64,000 nt of DNA from Octopus sinensis. Taxonomy: Eukaryota. Positions 25,100 to 39,645 of this stretch are shown here, piece after piece. The DNA lies in NCBI RefSeq assembly GCF_006345805.1, contig NC_042999.1, forward strand, positions 126,046,001 to 126,110,000, written 5' to 3'. Each line of letters opens with the position of its first letter. Within the stretch, counting starts at the first letter, position 1. Below the pieces are notes generated by a model. It searched no databases, was not told where the DNA came from, and saw nothing but the letters and a program-made list of their open reading frames with translations. The translations under genes were made by a program, and so were the position numbers.

Positions 25100-27366
25100 A
25101 CGGTATGAAAAGCGCGTTAGATTCTTCAAGAACAACAACACGTTCAAAAATAACCTAAAAATTCTTACAGGAAGATAGGGAAAATACCAGTTTCAGTAAA
25201 GTCTGTCCCATCAAAAGAAGTGCAGGAATTTTTTAATAAAAGTTTGGCAGAAGAAAAAACACAAAATAAAGGCTCCTAAGATTGATAGAATACCTACTGA
25301 CTTAGACTCCTTAGAAGAGTAAAAGTGGGAAGGTATCAAGGTAGATGATTTAAGAACTGCTCTCAGGAACTTAAGCAAATGGAAATCTCCAGGAAAGGAT
25401 AAAATTCATAACTTCTGGTCGAATGCCTTCTTAGAGAGTCATGAACTGCCAACAAATCTTTACAATAATGTTTTACAACTTAGTCCGATTCCCTCTTATC
25501 TAGTTAATTGTGTTGACATGAAGAAATAATGAAGCAAAGAATTATAAACCCATAACCTGCTTAACAACAATGTATAAAATACTAACATCTGTCTTGAGTG
25601 AATACATCTAGTTTTTTGATAGAAAGTGACATCTTCCCTAATGAGCAAAAATGATGTAAACGTGGGTCTTATTGTTGTAAAGATCACCTACTCATCAATA
25701 AGATGATTTTGGAAGAACTTTTCGATAAATGGATAGACTATAAAAAAGCTTTTGATATTCTACCACATAACTAGATTAAGAAATGCCCGAAAATTTATAA
25801 AATAGCACCTACTCTTTGAAAGGTCTTATCTATAAGTATGGCATCATAGGGTATTTGAAGGTGATGGAACCAAACATCCAATGATAAGGGAAAAGATCCG
25901 AAAAGGATGTTATCGCAGGGTAAGGGAAATACTCAAGACAGAGCTGAATGCAAGTAACAGGATCGAAGGGATCAATACATTAGCTATACCGGTAGTGACT
26001 TACAGTTTCAATGTTATTAACTGGTCAATTACTGAAATATGTAATCGTGACAAAAAAATACGAAAATTGTTGACAATGCATAGAATGCACCACCGTAAGG
26101 CAGATATAGAACGACTTTACCTGCCAAGAAAAGAGGGTGGCTGTGGACTTTTACAACTGGAAATAACAATGAAGATTTCCACAATTGGCCTAAACACTTA
26201 TCTGAAAAACTCTGATGAGTGGATATTAAAACTTGAATTAAAGCATGACAACAAGAAACCATCACATTCAGTAATAAAACAGGTAAAGAAATATCTAAGT
26301 GAATTCCAAATACAACAAATCCCAGAATTAGACGTACTGGAAACAAGCACATAAAAAGCCAAGCGTATGAAAATCCGTGCTAAATCTGCTGCCTTAAATG
26401 TTCTTACTGATAAATGGCAAGGAAAACCTCTTAGTGGCAAATACCCAAAGAGAGCTAATAATGCCAATGTTGACAAAGCTCTTACCCATCAATGGTTAGT
26501 GTCTTCTGGCTTAAAATCAGAGACAGAAGGGTTTATCATAGCAGAACAAGATAAACGCCTACTTACAAGGAGCTACCAGGCCAACATATTAAAGAACGGC
26601 AGTAGCCCAACATGTGTGCGTAAACAAGAAAATGAAACCATTGATCATGTTGTCGCCATGTGCAATTTTCTTGCGCCTACAGAGTATCTCAACAGGCATG
26701 ATAGAGCAGCATAGTATATTCACTGAAAAGACTTGAATCTGCCCCATAATAAAAACTGGTGGGAACACAAACCACCACCAGTGATTGAAAATGACCATAT
26801 CTTACTTCTCTGGAGCTTCACCGTTCAAACTGACAGAAAGGTAGATGCGAATAGACCAGACATTATATTGAGGGACTTCAGACAAAAATCATGCCTTCTC
26901 ATCGATATGACTATCCCAATCGACATAAATGTATCTGTTAAGACCTACCAAAAACTGAGCAAGTATAAAGATCTTGAAATAGAAACTGGCAAAATGTGGA
27001 CCCTCAAGACTAAAACAATACCTGTTGTCATAGGTACCCTAGGAATGAGAGCAAAAGGGGCTGATTGCTACCTAGCTCAGATACCAGGAAATTCAAAAAT
27101 GGAAAAAATTCAAAGAATAGTGCTCATGTGAACAGCCTATATCCTACGTAAAATACTGTCTATGTAATCCCAAATTTTAAAACAAACTCATAATTTTCTC
27201 GATTTCTTAGTCATTCTCTAGAACAATACTTTGTGCTAAATCAAATATATGGCACCCTAGTCATAACACCAACTTGAACTTCTAACTTGTTGTCTCTTGA
27301 GGTCTCTGGGTGAAACTTGGAGTCAACTTGTACAAATAAATACAAAGCAAAAGTCAAGAAAATATG

Positions 27367-27411
<45 letters not shown>

Positions 27412-27420
27412 TAATAATAA
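25100..27420 (+). pseudogene. Decayed R4/Dong-clade non-LTR retrotransposon (RT plus restriction-like endonuclease), 5'-truncated
   Basis: RT motifs CKRGSYCCKDHLLINK and IDYKKAFDILPH, plus AIPVVTYSF, LYLPRKEGGCGL, ETIDHVVAMC, RHD and the RLE motifs NRPDIILRD, IDMTIP and KLSKYKDL. It has many stops and frameshifts and ends in a (TAA)n tail. Confidence 0.9.
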
Positions 27421-27583
27421 AAACCACCTACCCCTCACCCCAGATATATCTCTGCAAACAATAACTCTCAACTATGATGCCCAAAGAATGAATAATATGA
27501 AACATCGTTTAATGTCTTTTCCAGGTGGAACAATTACGTTATACATGGCCTGGGCCAATGCTAGCCGAAACTTATCTAAGTAT

Positions 27584-27626
<43 letters not shown>

Positions 27627-27786
27627 CCACCTACCCCTCACCCCAGATATATCTCTGCAAACAATAACTCTCAACTATGATGCCCAAAGAATGAATAATA
27701 TGAAACATCGTTTAATGTCTTTTCCAGGTGGAACAATTACGTTATACATGGCCTGGGCCAATGCTAGCCGAAACTTATCTAAGTAT

Positions 27787-27787
<1 letters not shown>
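27421..27787 (+). repeat. Direct tandem duplication, period 203 bp, bounded by (TAA)n
   Basis: An apparently identical unit of about 165 bp starts at 27421 and 27624, and each copy is flanked by (TAA)n. Confidence 0.95.
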
Positions 27788-27824
<37 letters not shown>

Positions 27825-28036
27825 CCTTTCTGCTATAGGTACAAGGCCTGGAATTGGGGTAGGGATAAGTCGATTACATCTACCCCAGGTCGTAACTGGC
27901 AATTAATTTGTTAACCCCGAAAGGATGAAAGGTAAAGTCAACCTCGGCGGAATTTGAACCCAAAAGCTGAAGACGGCCAAAATGACGCTAAGCATTTTGT
28001 CCGGTGTGCTAACGATTCTGCCAGCTCGCTGCCTTA
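27825..28036 (-). mobile_element. tRNA-derived SINE with (ATT)n tail
   Basis: Family motifs on the minus strand; the tail merges with the (TAA)n tract. Confidence 0.85.
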
Positions 28037-28431
28037 TGGTGATGCAATATTTAAAACAAATCAATCCTAAAATTGGTTGTCTGACAACTCCAACAATTGG
28101 GCACTCTATGAGGTCACTGGACGAGGTAGTTATAACAACCAAATCTTTCTCACATTGCGTTCTATCTTTAAGAAGCATGGGAAGACACATAGGGTAATGT
28201 AATCTTAACCACACCATACATGAATATAGGAAAGATAGAAAAAAAAACAAGCAAAAAACCCCGGATTGTCACGTCCGAAACTCTTTGATCGTTTGATCTG
28301 GACTGAACTGGGATCTAAACAACAATAATAGCAGCAAGCAGTTTGGGAGAAAACATGTAATAGCAAGACGAAGGCAACGGGATTTAAATCTTTCTACTTC
28401 GAAATAGATAAATAGATAGAGTGAGGGAGAG

Positions 28432-28475
<44 letters not shown>

Positions 28476-29290
28476 GCAGACAGATTCTATTAGACATGGA
28501 TATAAGCAAAGAAAATGTTCCAGTCGAATGGTGATGCAATCGGTCGGAAACGTTCCAGTAGTTGTGAGCACTTGAAATAGAGAACGACATGGATTCGTGC
28601 TGGTCAGGCGATGACACGTGCAGAAACGATGTTTAACTCTACGTCGTTGTTCTTTTTTAATTTTTTTATTTTTTCCTTGACAATAGTGAAATGATATAGA
28701 AGGAAGTTTTGTTACAGCTATCATGACAAATTATCAACGACAATATTGTCAACAGTGTTGTAATACAACACACATCGCGCCATATTAAATTTCTTTATAT
28801 GATTCAGGCTAAAACCGTTTTAATCGCCATAAATTTATTACAAAGTAGTTAAATAGATACTTGTTAAGCAGTTAATTTTTTTAATTAAAAGTCAGTGGCA
28901 ATATGGCGGTGGGGAAAATTGCAATGAAAATTGCCTTGCGCTCTGGTTCAAAAATTTCATTACATAATCATGTCAATTCTGTTTTTGATCATATAGCACA
29001 AAGCTCAACACTTGAAGGTTCCGTGAAATTCAGAAGAGCAGATTCTTCGGCGTGTATACATACATACATACATACATACATACATACGTACATATGTAAG
29101 TATCTCTCTCTCTCTCTATATATATATATATACACACACATATATATACATATACATACATACTCACACACACACATATATATATACATAGATATATATA
29201 TATATACATATACACACATACATCTATATATAGATATATACATATACGTACATACATATACATGTAAATATATACATATACATACATATA

Positions 29291-29329
<39 letters not shown>

Positions 29330-29641
29330 ATTTCAGTCACTGGAAAGCGACCACGCTGGGGTACCGCAATGAATGTTTTATTCGAACAAATTGATCGTAG
29401 GACTTATTTTTAAGCCTAGTATAGGTTTCTTTTGCCGAACCGCTAGTTTAGATGACGTAAATCACCCAACGCTGGTTGTCAAGTGGTGGTGGGGGAAAAC
29501 AAAAAGGCCCACACACGCACACGCACACACGTCCGTCTTTATATTCTGAGTTCAAATTCCACCGCGGTTGACTCTGCCATTCATCCTCTTGGGGTCAATA
29601 AAATAAGTACCAATCGAGCACTGGGGTCGATGCAATCGACT

Positions 29642-29812
29642 AGTAAGAAGCTTGCTTCCCAACCACATGTTTTCAGGTTCAGTCCTTCTGCGTGGCACCT
29701 TGGGCAAGTGTCTTTTACTATAGCCTTAGGCCGACCAAAGCCTTGTGAATGGATTTGGGGAACTGAAAGAAGCCCATCATGTATATATATATATATGTAT
29801 ATATATAATATA

Positions 29813-29879
<67 letters not shown>

Positions 29880-30499
29880 CATATACACATACGTATACGT
29901 ACATACTTACATGTATACATATATACATATTCACATGTGGGCACAGGTCGTCACAAAACATAAACAACAAAAAATACGAAGTACAGGGACATGGAATATG
30001 AACTTCTTTTGTGAACAATGAAAGAAACGAATGGAAAATAAGACAAACAACACAAAGAACGACCCTTCATTAGTTGTTGGCTGTTTTTCTAATCCGTATC
30101 TCGAGCAATTCACGACAAGATACGCCTTCGATAAAACAGTTGCTCTCGCAAAGCAAATTAAATAAAATTTGGGACTTTGCAGAGGGTCAAGATTGGTGAC
30201 AAAAAGAGGACAGTGAAAACAAACAGGAAGGGCTGCTAAGCCTAAACGATGTTGTAGTGGCGAACGCGAAGAAACAAGTTTGGACAGGAGACAACAATAC
30301 ATATTTATTTGTGTCTGTGTTTGGCCATCCACCATCGCTTGACAACAGACGTAGGTGCGTTTACGTCCCGTAACTTAGCGGTTCGGCAAGAGAGACCGAT
30401 AGAATAAGTACTAGGCTTACAAAGAATTAATCTTGGGATCGATTTGTTCGAGTAAAAGGCGGTGCTCCAAATGACTGAAACAAGTAAAAGAATAAAGGA
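29642..30499 (+). mobile_element. CORE-type SINE interrupted by an insert of about 370 bp (about 29930-30300) in its internal microsatellite
   Basis: The 5' half (29642-29785) and 3' half (30300-30499) match the intact copy at 40113-40530. Confidence 0.7.
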
Positions 30500-30500
30500 A

Positions 30501-30603
<103 letters not shown>

Positions 30604-33339
30604 ATATATATTCCTTTATTCTTTTATTCTTTTACTAGATATATGCGCGTATGTATATGACCAATTAATAAGTATAAAATACCACGAGTTTTTAAAAACT
30701 GATCGTTTGTCTGGCTTTTAATGCAGAATTGTGTGTGTGTGTGTGTGTGTGTGCGTGTGTGTGTGTGTGCAAGTGTGTGTGTGTACAAGGAATCTGTACG
30801 CCCATCAAACGATTATCTTTCATGAAGTTTTGCTCGGATTACCTTTCTTTTACGCTTAAGTCGATTAAACTGAATTAGCAGCGAGTCCAGTAAAAGTATA
30901 TTACAAAATAAATTTGAATTTACTTGTAGTTTTGTGCTTCCTATTATTAAAATAACTTAAATAACAATGCGAAATTAACGCTTACGCAAATATATGTGTA
31001 ATAACGAACGTTTTTTATCTTTACAAAGGTATACAAACACAGAGCGCGTATTACAAGCTGAAGACACTTCCTGAATCTTCAACTTGTTAACCAGTTGATA
31101 CCTGAAAATTCCTCTATAAAAAATAATGTGTTTGCAAGAATTCATCAATTCCGATATTTTGCTCAAGATTACAAAAAGACTGTCATAGAATATTATGTTT
31201 CTTAGCGATAGAGATCGTAACATCTGAAATATTAAAATATGAGGACGTCTGCTCTGTTACGAACCAACCGATGTTGTAATTATTTATTTTATCGTCATTT
31301 AAACGCTAGATGTATTTGGATCTTTAAGCAGTAACGTGTCTTTCTAAGTCTATAGAATAAAGTATTGCGATAATCTGGTTTGAATGTCTTTCAAGCCTTT
31401 GCTGTGATACTGTGATATTTTGTTTTTTAAATATATATTCCATATTTCCTATAGAAATATGAACATAGTAACATTAAAAAAACACATAACGAGCTTACCC
31501 TTTGAGGAGTAATCTTTTGCCCGTGCTGGTCATTAATACGATGGTTTCTTTAAACGACAGTGGTTTCAAATATAGAATAAGTAAATACAGAATGACACAT
31601 ATTCATAAATAAAAACGTTTATGGCACAACCCTGATCGTTTAATGAAATGAAGATTCTGAAATCTTATAAATAAGAACTCATTTGCGGAACATCGATATT
31701 ATGAGATTGTTAATAAAACTTGCGCTAAGGAAAACAATAGTCACATCATAAACTTGATTCTTCAGCTAATGTAAGCCAAAGAAAACATGTCCAGTACAAA
31801 CAGGCAAAATTCTCTTCTATATAAGATCATCAATGCTTAAATCTCAACTCTGTTTTTCTAAAACATTAATTTATCGATTTAAGGTCTCCCTTACAAGTAA
31901 CGATGATCCTGTTATAAACAAAATTCTTCCAATATACGTATGCATTCAGGCATACAAGCACTCCGAATATTCCTTATTTAGAAATCAGCATTTCCATATT
32001 TCAGATAATTTAAAACATAGTTCAAATACCTAGTCCAGCTTGTAAATATGTAGTATTGTCTGTGATGTGAATATTTCGTTGTTTGTATTTAAACAGTTTC
32101 ATTTCATTTATAAACAACTAAAATATCTTTAACTTTATCCTTCTTGTGTTGTGATACGGAATTATTGATTTCTAACGGTGGCACAAGGTCATCAATTCTT
32201 TGTCAGTGGAACATGGGTACAATTAATTAAACCGCCCCAGCACTTACTTAAAGGGATGCAATTCGAAGCTGACTCGGTAGTGGGGTTCGAACTTAAGATG
32301 TATAAGATGTAAAGAGACGAAATTAACTATTGTATAATACTTCACTCCTCATCCTTCACCGTCTTGACAAGGTGAACGAGAATCAAATAATTTTGAAATT
32401 AGTTACGACGCATTAAAGAAATGCAGTTCCTCTGATGAACATGATAGTGGATGGGTGAAATTACTGGCATTTCCTATATCAAGTTTTGTTCTACAGCGCA
32501 AGTCGTGTGGGCGCGAGTGCATGTGTGTGTGTCTGTATGTGTGTGTGTGAGTGCGTGTGTGCATGTATGTGCGTATATGTGTGTGCGTGTGTGTGTGTGA
32601 GTGAATCTCTGTGTGTGTGTGTGTGTGTGTGTGTGTATGACTATATACGTAATATTGAACATTTGAAATTAAGCTTGTATCATTTGTTATGTGTGTCTGG
32701 GTTAGTTCAATAATGCAAGGGCAGTACACGTGGAATTTATAAAGGGAAATATTAGACGAAGAGACCTATGGCAGGGATTGGCAATCGAAACAAATATTTT
32801 ATAGTCTGTCTCCTACTAGAAATGTGAAGAGGCGTGATATCGTGTGTATATATCCATCACTATGAATACTAGCTCTGACTTTATATACTTTAATGTGTAT
32901 ATGAATATGTGCGTTTGTGTGTAGATTGTGTATACATTTATATGTTTCGAGATGAGTGTATGTGTGTTCATATTTTACCATGCTTTAATACAAATGATTG
33001 GTTTTTGATTAAGTATCATTGTCACAACATGAGTCGTTCGTGTCACCGCAGCTACGGTCAGCAAAGCTAAGTCATCGCTTGTTGGAATGTGATAGTTTCA
33101 ACCGTAAACAATCCTTGTTTGCCTGTTTGTCTTCTTCGTAATAACTCACAATGAATTCTCTATGAAGGTCGGTTGTCTGAGCCAGTCTAAAGCGACCAGA
33201 CATAAAAACAAATAATGAAACATGTTGGCTTTGTTCAGTTGTCATAAATATAAGCAAATTTCAGTTGAGAAAATCTTTAGAGCAAAACTGAAAATATTTT
33301 ATTTTAATCTATACTTTTCGAAGTGTGAATTATAAGATT

Positions 33340-33425
33340 TCTTGTCCAGGTGTTAGTATATATTAATATTCTAGTTCAGGTGTTTGTATATATTGGTATT
33401 CTTCTTCGGGTGTTAGTATATATAG
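33340..33425 (+). repeat. Three-copy minisatellite, about 31-bp unit
   Basis: TTCT....(C/T)CAGGTGTT.GTATATAT repeated three times. Confidence 0.7.
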
Positions 33426-34384
33426 GTAGGATGCAACTAAACTACGTAGTATAAATTATTGTTTTGAGAGTAGATTGTTAAAAAAAATCCTATTTGATTA
33501 GGTTAATTACCTTGTCATTCAAACACAAGTACTGTTGAAATCTTGCCAAATAATTCAGTAGTCCTGTAGTTCTGTTAGATTTCACAGATTTGTCCTGATA
33601 GTTTAGAGCGTGTAATGCCAACGCCGTTTCACAACGTGCCGTGACCTTAGCTCTCAACATAGATGGTGTTAATAGTGAGAAAGAGGAAACATTAATCTAT
33701 ACATGAAATTAACCTCTACATGGACGCCATATAAATTGTATATGATTTAGTAATTCTAAATATTATGTTAAGAACAATTTAGGACTAATTTATGCTAAAT
33801 TTTGATAAAGTATACATGCTATTTGTTAAATTCTGTTTAAATAGATTTTTTAAAGAATAAAGATTAAACAATCATTTGCAAGTCTTCAAATTTCTAGCTT
33901 CCATTTTATGAAGTGAGTAAACGGTTAATTTATTACTAATAAATACTATTTGGCCATCGCTATTAGCAGCTGTTACTAAAGTTGTTCGAATGTCATTGAA
34001 AGATATAACGTGCTTTCAGACTGTTTAATTCTGGACTATAATTCCAGACTGTTTAAATAAGGTGTGAGTTGAAATTGCAGAAAGAAAGGGTGACTGAGGC
34101 CATGGCACTTATATAGTAGATATCATCTCTTGAAATATGCCTTTATTTCACGGGGTAGCTTACATAAACATAAATTATACATAAACACACACGAGAATTT
34201 ATTATAAATTGCGATATTAGTGTCTATGAGGAACTAATGTTTATAACGTAGGTATTTTGTCTATCGCCGGTTTAAAAAACCATTGGCAGTTTTGTACTCC
34301 ATTCTGCTGACTTAAATCTGTTTTAAGTATTCAGATCAGATCTTTGCTTTTCCTACCATCTCCTGAAAGGCCTTGAAAAATAAC

Positions 34385-34421
<37 letters not shown>

Positions 34422-34725
34422 AAGGAGAGGGAGAGGGGAGAGAGATGAAAAGAGAGTTGAGAGAGAAGTGAAGACGTCGTCCTTCGTCTTTTGCCCCATC
34501 CATAAAAAAAATTTTCTAAAACCTTAGACGAGTAAGTTATTTTCAGGATACTTCCTGGTCTATATTCTTGATAGGAAGAGGTTAGGATACGCAGAATTAA
34601 ATAGCCCTCTCAGGGCTACACTAAAGCATCTTCTGATGATACGAACGTACAGTTCATAATCTGATTGTTTTGTCTCATATCCACTCAATCATTTCATCTT
34701 TGCATGCACGCGTAGACACACACAA

Positions 34726-34774
<49 letters not shown>

Positions 34775-35509
34775 CACACACACACCACATTGAGAGAAAG
34801 AGAAAGAGAGAAGGGTGGCAAAAGAAAAGAGAAAAAAAGACAGAAAGAGAGCTAGTGTCATGCTTTGTGAGCTTTTAAACAGATTGCAATGCATACGAGA
34901 ACATTCATATATATATATTTGTATGTATATATATATATATATAATATATATATATATATATTATATATATATATATATATATAAACATCTATGTATGTTT
35001 ATGTAAGTAAAATTACATATTACATTAGTAATGAAACATTTGTTCAGGGCCTATATCTATATATATTAAGATATATATATATATTTTATATATATTATAT
35101 ACTGAGTTAAAACTTAAGTGGTATTGCATCGAAATTTATGCTTCAACTATTTGTCTGTGATGATATAGGTGTTATCCCCGCTATTGTATTTGGATTCAGC
35201 ACATGCACAAGGATAAAAAAATATAAAAGCACCCAAAATACTCAACGTATTAGGGTCGTGTCTGGGCAGCTTTCCTCGTCGGCGAAGTCGACTATTATGT
35301 TTTATGGACAGGCAGCAAAAATATCAGTGTCAGACTCGTTAATTAGTCTTTCGGTTCATTAAGTGTCTGGACAAAATGGTCAATTAAAATCCTGTTAACA
35401 CAACGATTGGTGTTCATTCGATATGCGTCATTACAGCTTGAGTAGCATTACTTTACAAACCATGCTGCATCTTATTGCTGATCTGAGGAATGCATTTAAG
35501 TAATTGTTC

Positions 35510-35568
<59 letters not shown>

Positions 35569-35678
35569 CAACACACACACACGAATACATACATATATAC
35601 GTGTGTATATATTATATATTATATATATATATATATATATATTATATATTATATATATGTGTGTGTGTGTGTGTGTGT

Positions 35679-35723
<45 letters not shown>

Positions 35724-35842
35724 ATATATATACACACACATACATATACGTAAAGATAGAAAGAGAGTGTTACATGCGTGCATATGAATAAGTAAATAAG
35801 TAAATAACACACACATATGTGTATATGTATATATATATATAT

Positions 35843-35874
<32 letters not shown>

Positions 35875-38199
35875 GAGTGTGTGTGTGTGTGTGTGTGTAT
35901 ACATATATATACATATATATATACATACATATATATATATATATACATGTATATACATATACATATATATATACATTATATATACATATATATATATATA
36001 CATGTATATACATATACATATATATATACATGTATATACATATATATATACATTATATATATATATACATTATATATATTTACATTATATATATATATTT
36101 AAATTATAAATCATGTACGTGTATACTTTAATACATCTGCGTTTCTGTACAAGTATGCGTTTGTGTAAGGAAAAGAGAGAAGATAAAAAAAAAAACTCCC
36201 TGAATTAGGCAAGCAATTAAGGTAGATTGCTAAGTAAAAAGCTGATCTATTGTGTGCAGTGGCAGGTCTCAGGTTAAGTTTACATGGCCGATATATTTCT
36301 TCGAAGTAGCGGCTGATTAATGAAACACATTTAGAATGTACTGAATATACACACTTATTTTATATCTAGTTCAGTAAATAAAATTAGAAACACAGACTTA
36401 TTAAAAATTGTGCTTTATGTGTGACTGAACGAATGGAAAGAGAGCTTATAGAAGAGAGCAGAAAAGAATGTGAGACGTTACAAGAACTAATGGCTTCTTA
36501 GTATTTTTAGTATTTCTTGTGATATTTTAAAGTGAGTAACTTGTTTTCGAACTCTGTCTAATATAGCACCTTGCTGTTAGGTGCATAAGCAATCTAATGT
36601 TACTTTTTGAAAAATATACATATCAAGAAATAACGAAAAAAATTCTGTATAGGACATTGTTTGTATAAAATGATATTTCAGGCTGTAAGGAAAGAAAATT
36701 GCTGAAGGAAGGTGCCATCTGATATACTGAATATAAAACTCTGAATATTTAAATTTCGTAATGGAAAGCATTGTCGAGGAAGAGTTTTACACAGTTTAGG
36801 GTTTTAGAATTTATTTGGAGTTCAATGAGAGAATAACCCAAAACGAAGGAGATAAATTTTCTGATTCTAATGTGTAATCGAAATCAAAGGTGCAAATCAA
36901 TGAATTTATTTCCTTCTTAGTGGGAAGGAAATGAGCTTGTGGGACATTCATAGACTTTTGGAATAGAATAAGTAAAGATATTTAGCTTTATTAAGAAACG
37001 GAATCAACATTTGGAGATACTGATTTGATTGTTTTTGATCTGGAAGAAGGGCTGTCCATGACCATGACCCTTTCATACTTAAAAATTAAGTTAATGTTCT
37101 TTACGAATAGTTGTAAGCTGACGGCTGTTGAAAAATATGAACAGGAAGGCAAAGAATCGACGCTCGGAGGTTGCAGAGTAACTTCATACCAATAACTGTA
37201 TGGCCATTGCAGAATGTAGTCTATAATGCAGTATATAAACACTGTCCCAAGTGCAGGATTTTGGATCACGCCTTCAGTTTGGATCACGCCCGAACTTTGC
37301 CGAAGACATAAAATATTTTCTGTCCCTGGAATTAATCGATCTGTTGCAAGATATTTTATCGCCAACTTCCGTAACTTGGGTATTTCTGACTAAATATACA
37401 CTAATAACTACGTATTAATTTTCAAAAAGCTGGTTTTAAAAACTAGCGAAATAAAGAAAGCAAACGCATTGTATTGAAACCGAATCACAAATGTAATACA
37501 AGAGCCAGTAAGCAGTTGTGGCAAGGATGAAACAAACAATAATAAAAGCAAGAATAATGTAAACATTATAACAATGGTAACAACAACAGAAATAAGCAAG
37601 CACGACATCTAAAGAATCTAATTATTGCAGTGTCACAGTTATGAAAATATGGCATTTCTTTGTTGAGTCACAAACACTGTCATAACTGTGACATGTTATT
37701 AACATATCAAACTGTGTGACGGGGAGGGCGGGAACAAAATTAATGCATAAAAACAGCATGTGTATTCAGATTAGTTCATCAAATCCTGCTGTTATTATTG
37801 TCATTCATCATAACGATAATGATGTTGACAATGACAATGTTTATAGCGATGATGATGATGATGAATGATGATGATGATGATACTGTATGGAGGATGGAGG
37901 TGAAGATCATGTAATACCGCAGCATAATTTATGATGAAATATCGATATTATTAATTTCACTATTGCATAAATTAAATGTATTTTTAGCATCTTCTATTGC
38001 AGAACTATTTGCGAACTCTCTTAGTACAAGAGTAGATATACTATTGTTCTGTTCACTCATGACTACATGCATCATAGAAGCAGTTTTTTTGCTTCAACCT
38101 CTCGATTCGTGAGCCAGCTCCACTTCAAACCAAAAAATGGTAGACTTTCTTATCGATCCCGGTACAAGAAGGTCCAGCTACTCGGTCAATTACATAATA

Positions 38200-38975
38200 C
38201 TAGCGTCTTCACTAACACATTTTGCATCACATTAAGTACGAACTGAACCACTTAGTCACCTACGCGTGATTTGTTTATAGTGGAGAAGGTATGTGCAGAA
38301 CCAACGACACTTCTTAATCTTGCCGATGACACCAAGATCATGAAACCCATAGACTTGGAGCACAACGAACATATGACCCTTTTGTAAGAATTATTCATTT
38401 CTTAGTGCGCCAACCAAAGCTAAAGAGCACCTATCCGCCTGAAAGAGGGAATATTGCACAACAGACACAACACTAAAATATGAAACTTACTCCAAGCTCG
38501 TTGCCACGCAAACAATGAGCCTCATAATCTTTTATGAGCTCTCATGGTGAGTTCAAATAAAACTGCGAAAAATGTATTCAAAGACCAGGGTCTTGTTTAA
38601 CATCAAACATATGAAAACATAAATCGGTTACTAAGATCTACAAAGACAAACTAAAACATACTCGGTTCACATATCTACTAATTCTCGGGGAAACATCCCA
38701 GACTACATTGAAAAGAATATTGGCAAAGATTCACTCCCCCTCATCTTCAATCACTGGCTCATAAACGCGTTATTCCTTTTGTCTGCCTCTTCTAGAACCA
38801 CTGAAATGCTCAGAACTCTTTTTACATATCTCTTCCATCAATGCTCATATGATACACTCGTATATTCTTCTCTTCTCCTCTCTGTAGTGTCTCATCTCTT
38901 CAATACTGCACTAAACAAACCTTTAACGCAATCTTTAATCCCTGCAAATTCAAATTGCTGGAATCACCACCCACC
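38200..38975 (+). pseudogene. Highly decayed CR1/L2-like RT fragments
   Basis: LADDTKIMKP near 38320 (YADD-like catalytic motif) and a WNH motif near 38960. Confidence 0.4.
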
Positions 38976-38999
38976 ACCTGTAGATGTTCAAAGCGAACA

Positions 39000-39493
39000 T
39001 CAACTGCGTCTATCTTGGTAGCATCTGCAAAGAGTAAACTCTATGTTCAACTGATGGAACGACTCAACACGGCTATTCAAGAGAAAAGACCTAATCGACA
39101 GCATGGAGTTCTTCTGCTGCACGACAACGCCCGCCCTCATATCGCCAATATGACCAAGGAAGCCGTTTAAACGCATGGCTGGGAAGTGCTGCCGCACCCG
39201 CCGTACTCTCCTGATTTGGCACCAACGGATTTCCACCTCTTTCGATCTCTTTCAAATGCTATGCGCGGGATTTCGTTCAATACGGATGCAGAATTGAAAG
39301 CTTGGTTGGATCAATTTTTCGTGTAGAAATCGGGTGATTTCTACCAATGAGGTATTGAAAATCTTGTTGAACGTCGGGAAGAAGTTGTAAACAACAAGAG
39401 TGAATAAATTATTGGTTAATTAGCTGTTAATTTTTATTAAACCTTTTAAAAAATTTAAATTTAAAAACGGCGAGAACTTAATTGCCAACATAA
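39000..39493 (+). mobile_element. Mariner (DD34D) transposase 3' remnant with terminal repeat
   Basis: LLHDNARPH, WEVLPHPPYSPDLAPTDFHLF and a right end AAAACGGCGAGAACTTAATTGCCAACATAA followed by TA; contains in-frame stops. Confidence 0.92.
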
Positions 39494-39645
39494 TATATAT
39501 ATATATATAGGAGATGTACTCGCATAGCAGTAATTTGATCTGAGATCCTGTACTGAAACGAAAACATTGCAGCGTGGGAGGTGTTTTATAGCCATTTAAG
39601 AAACACACAAAAGCCGTTCGATTCACTTCAACATTTAAGTTTTAA

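Noticed and set aside
27367-27825. Repeat-spacer-repeat pattern resembling a CRISPR array
   Set aside because: The repeats are (TAA)n microsatellites, the spacers are identical, the context is eukaryotic and there are no cas genes.
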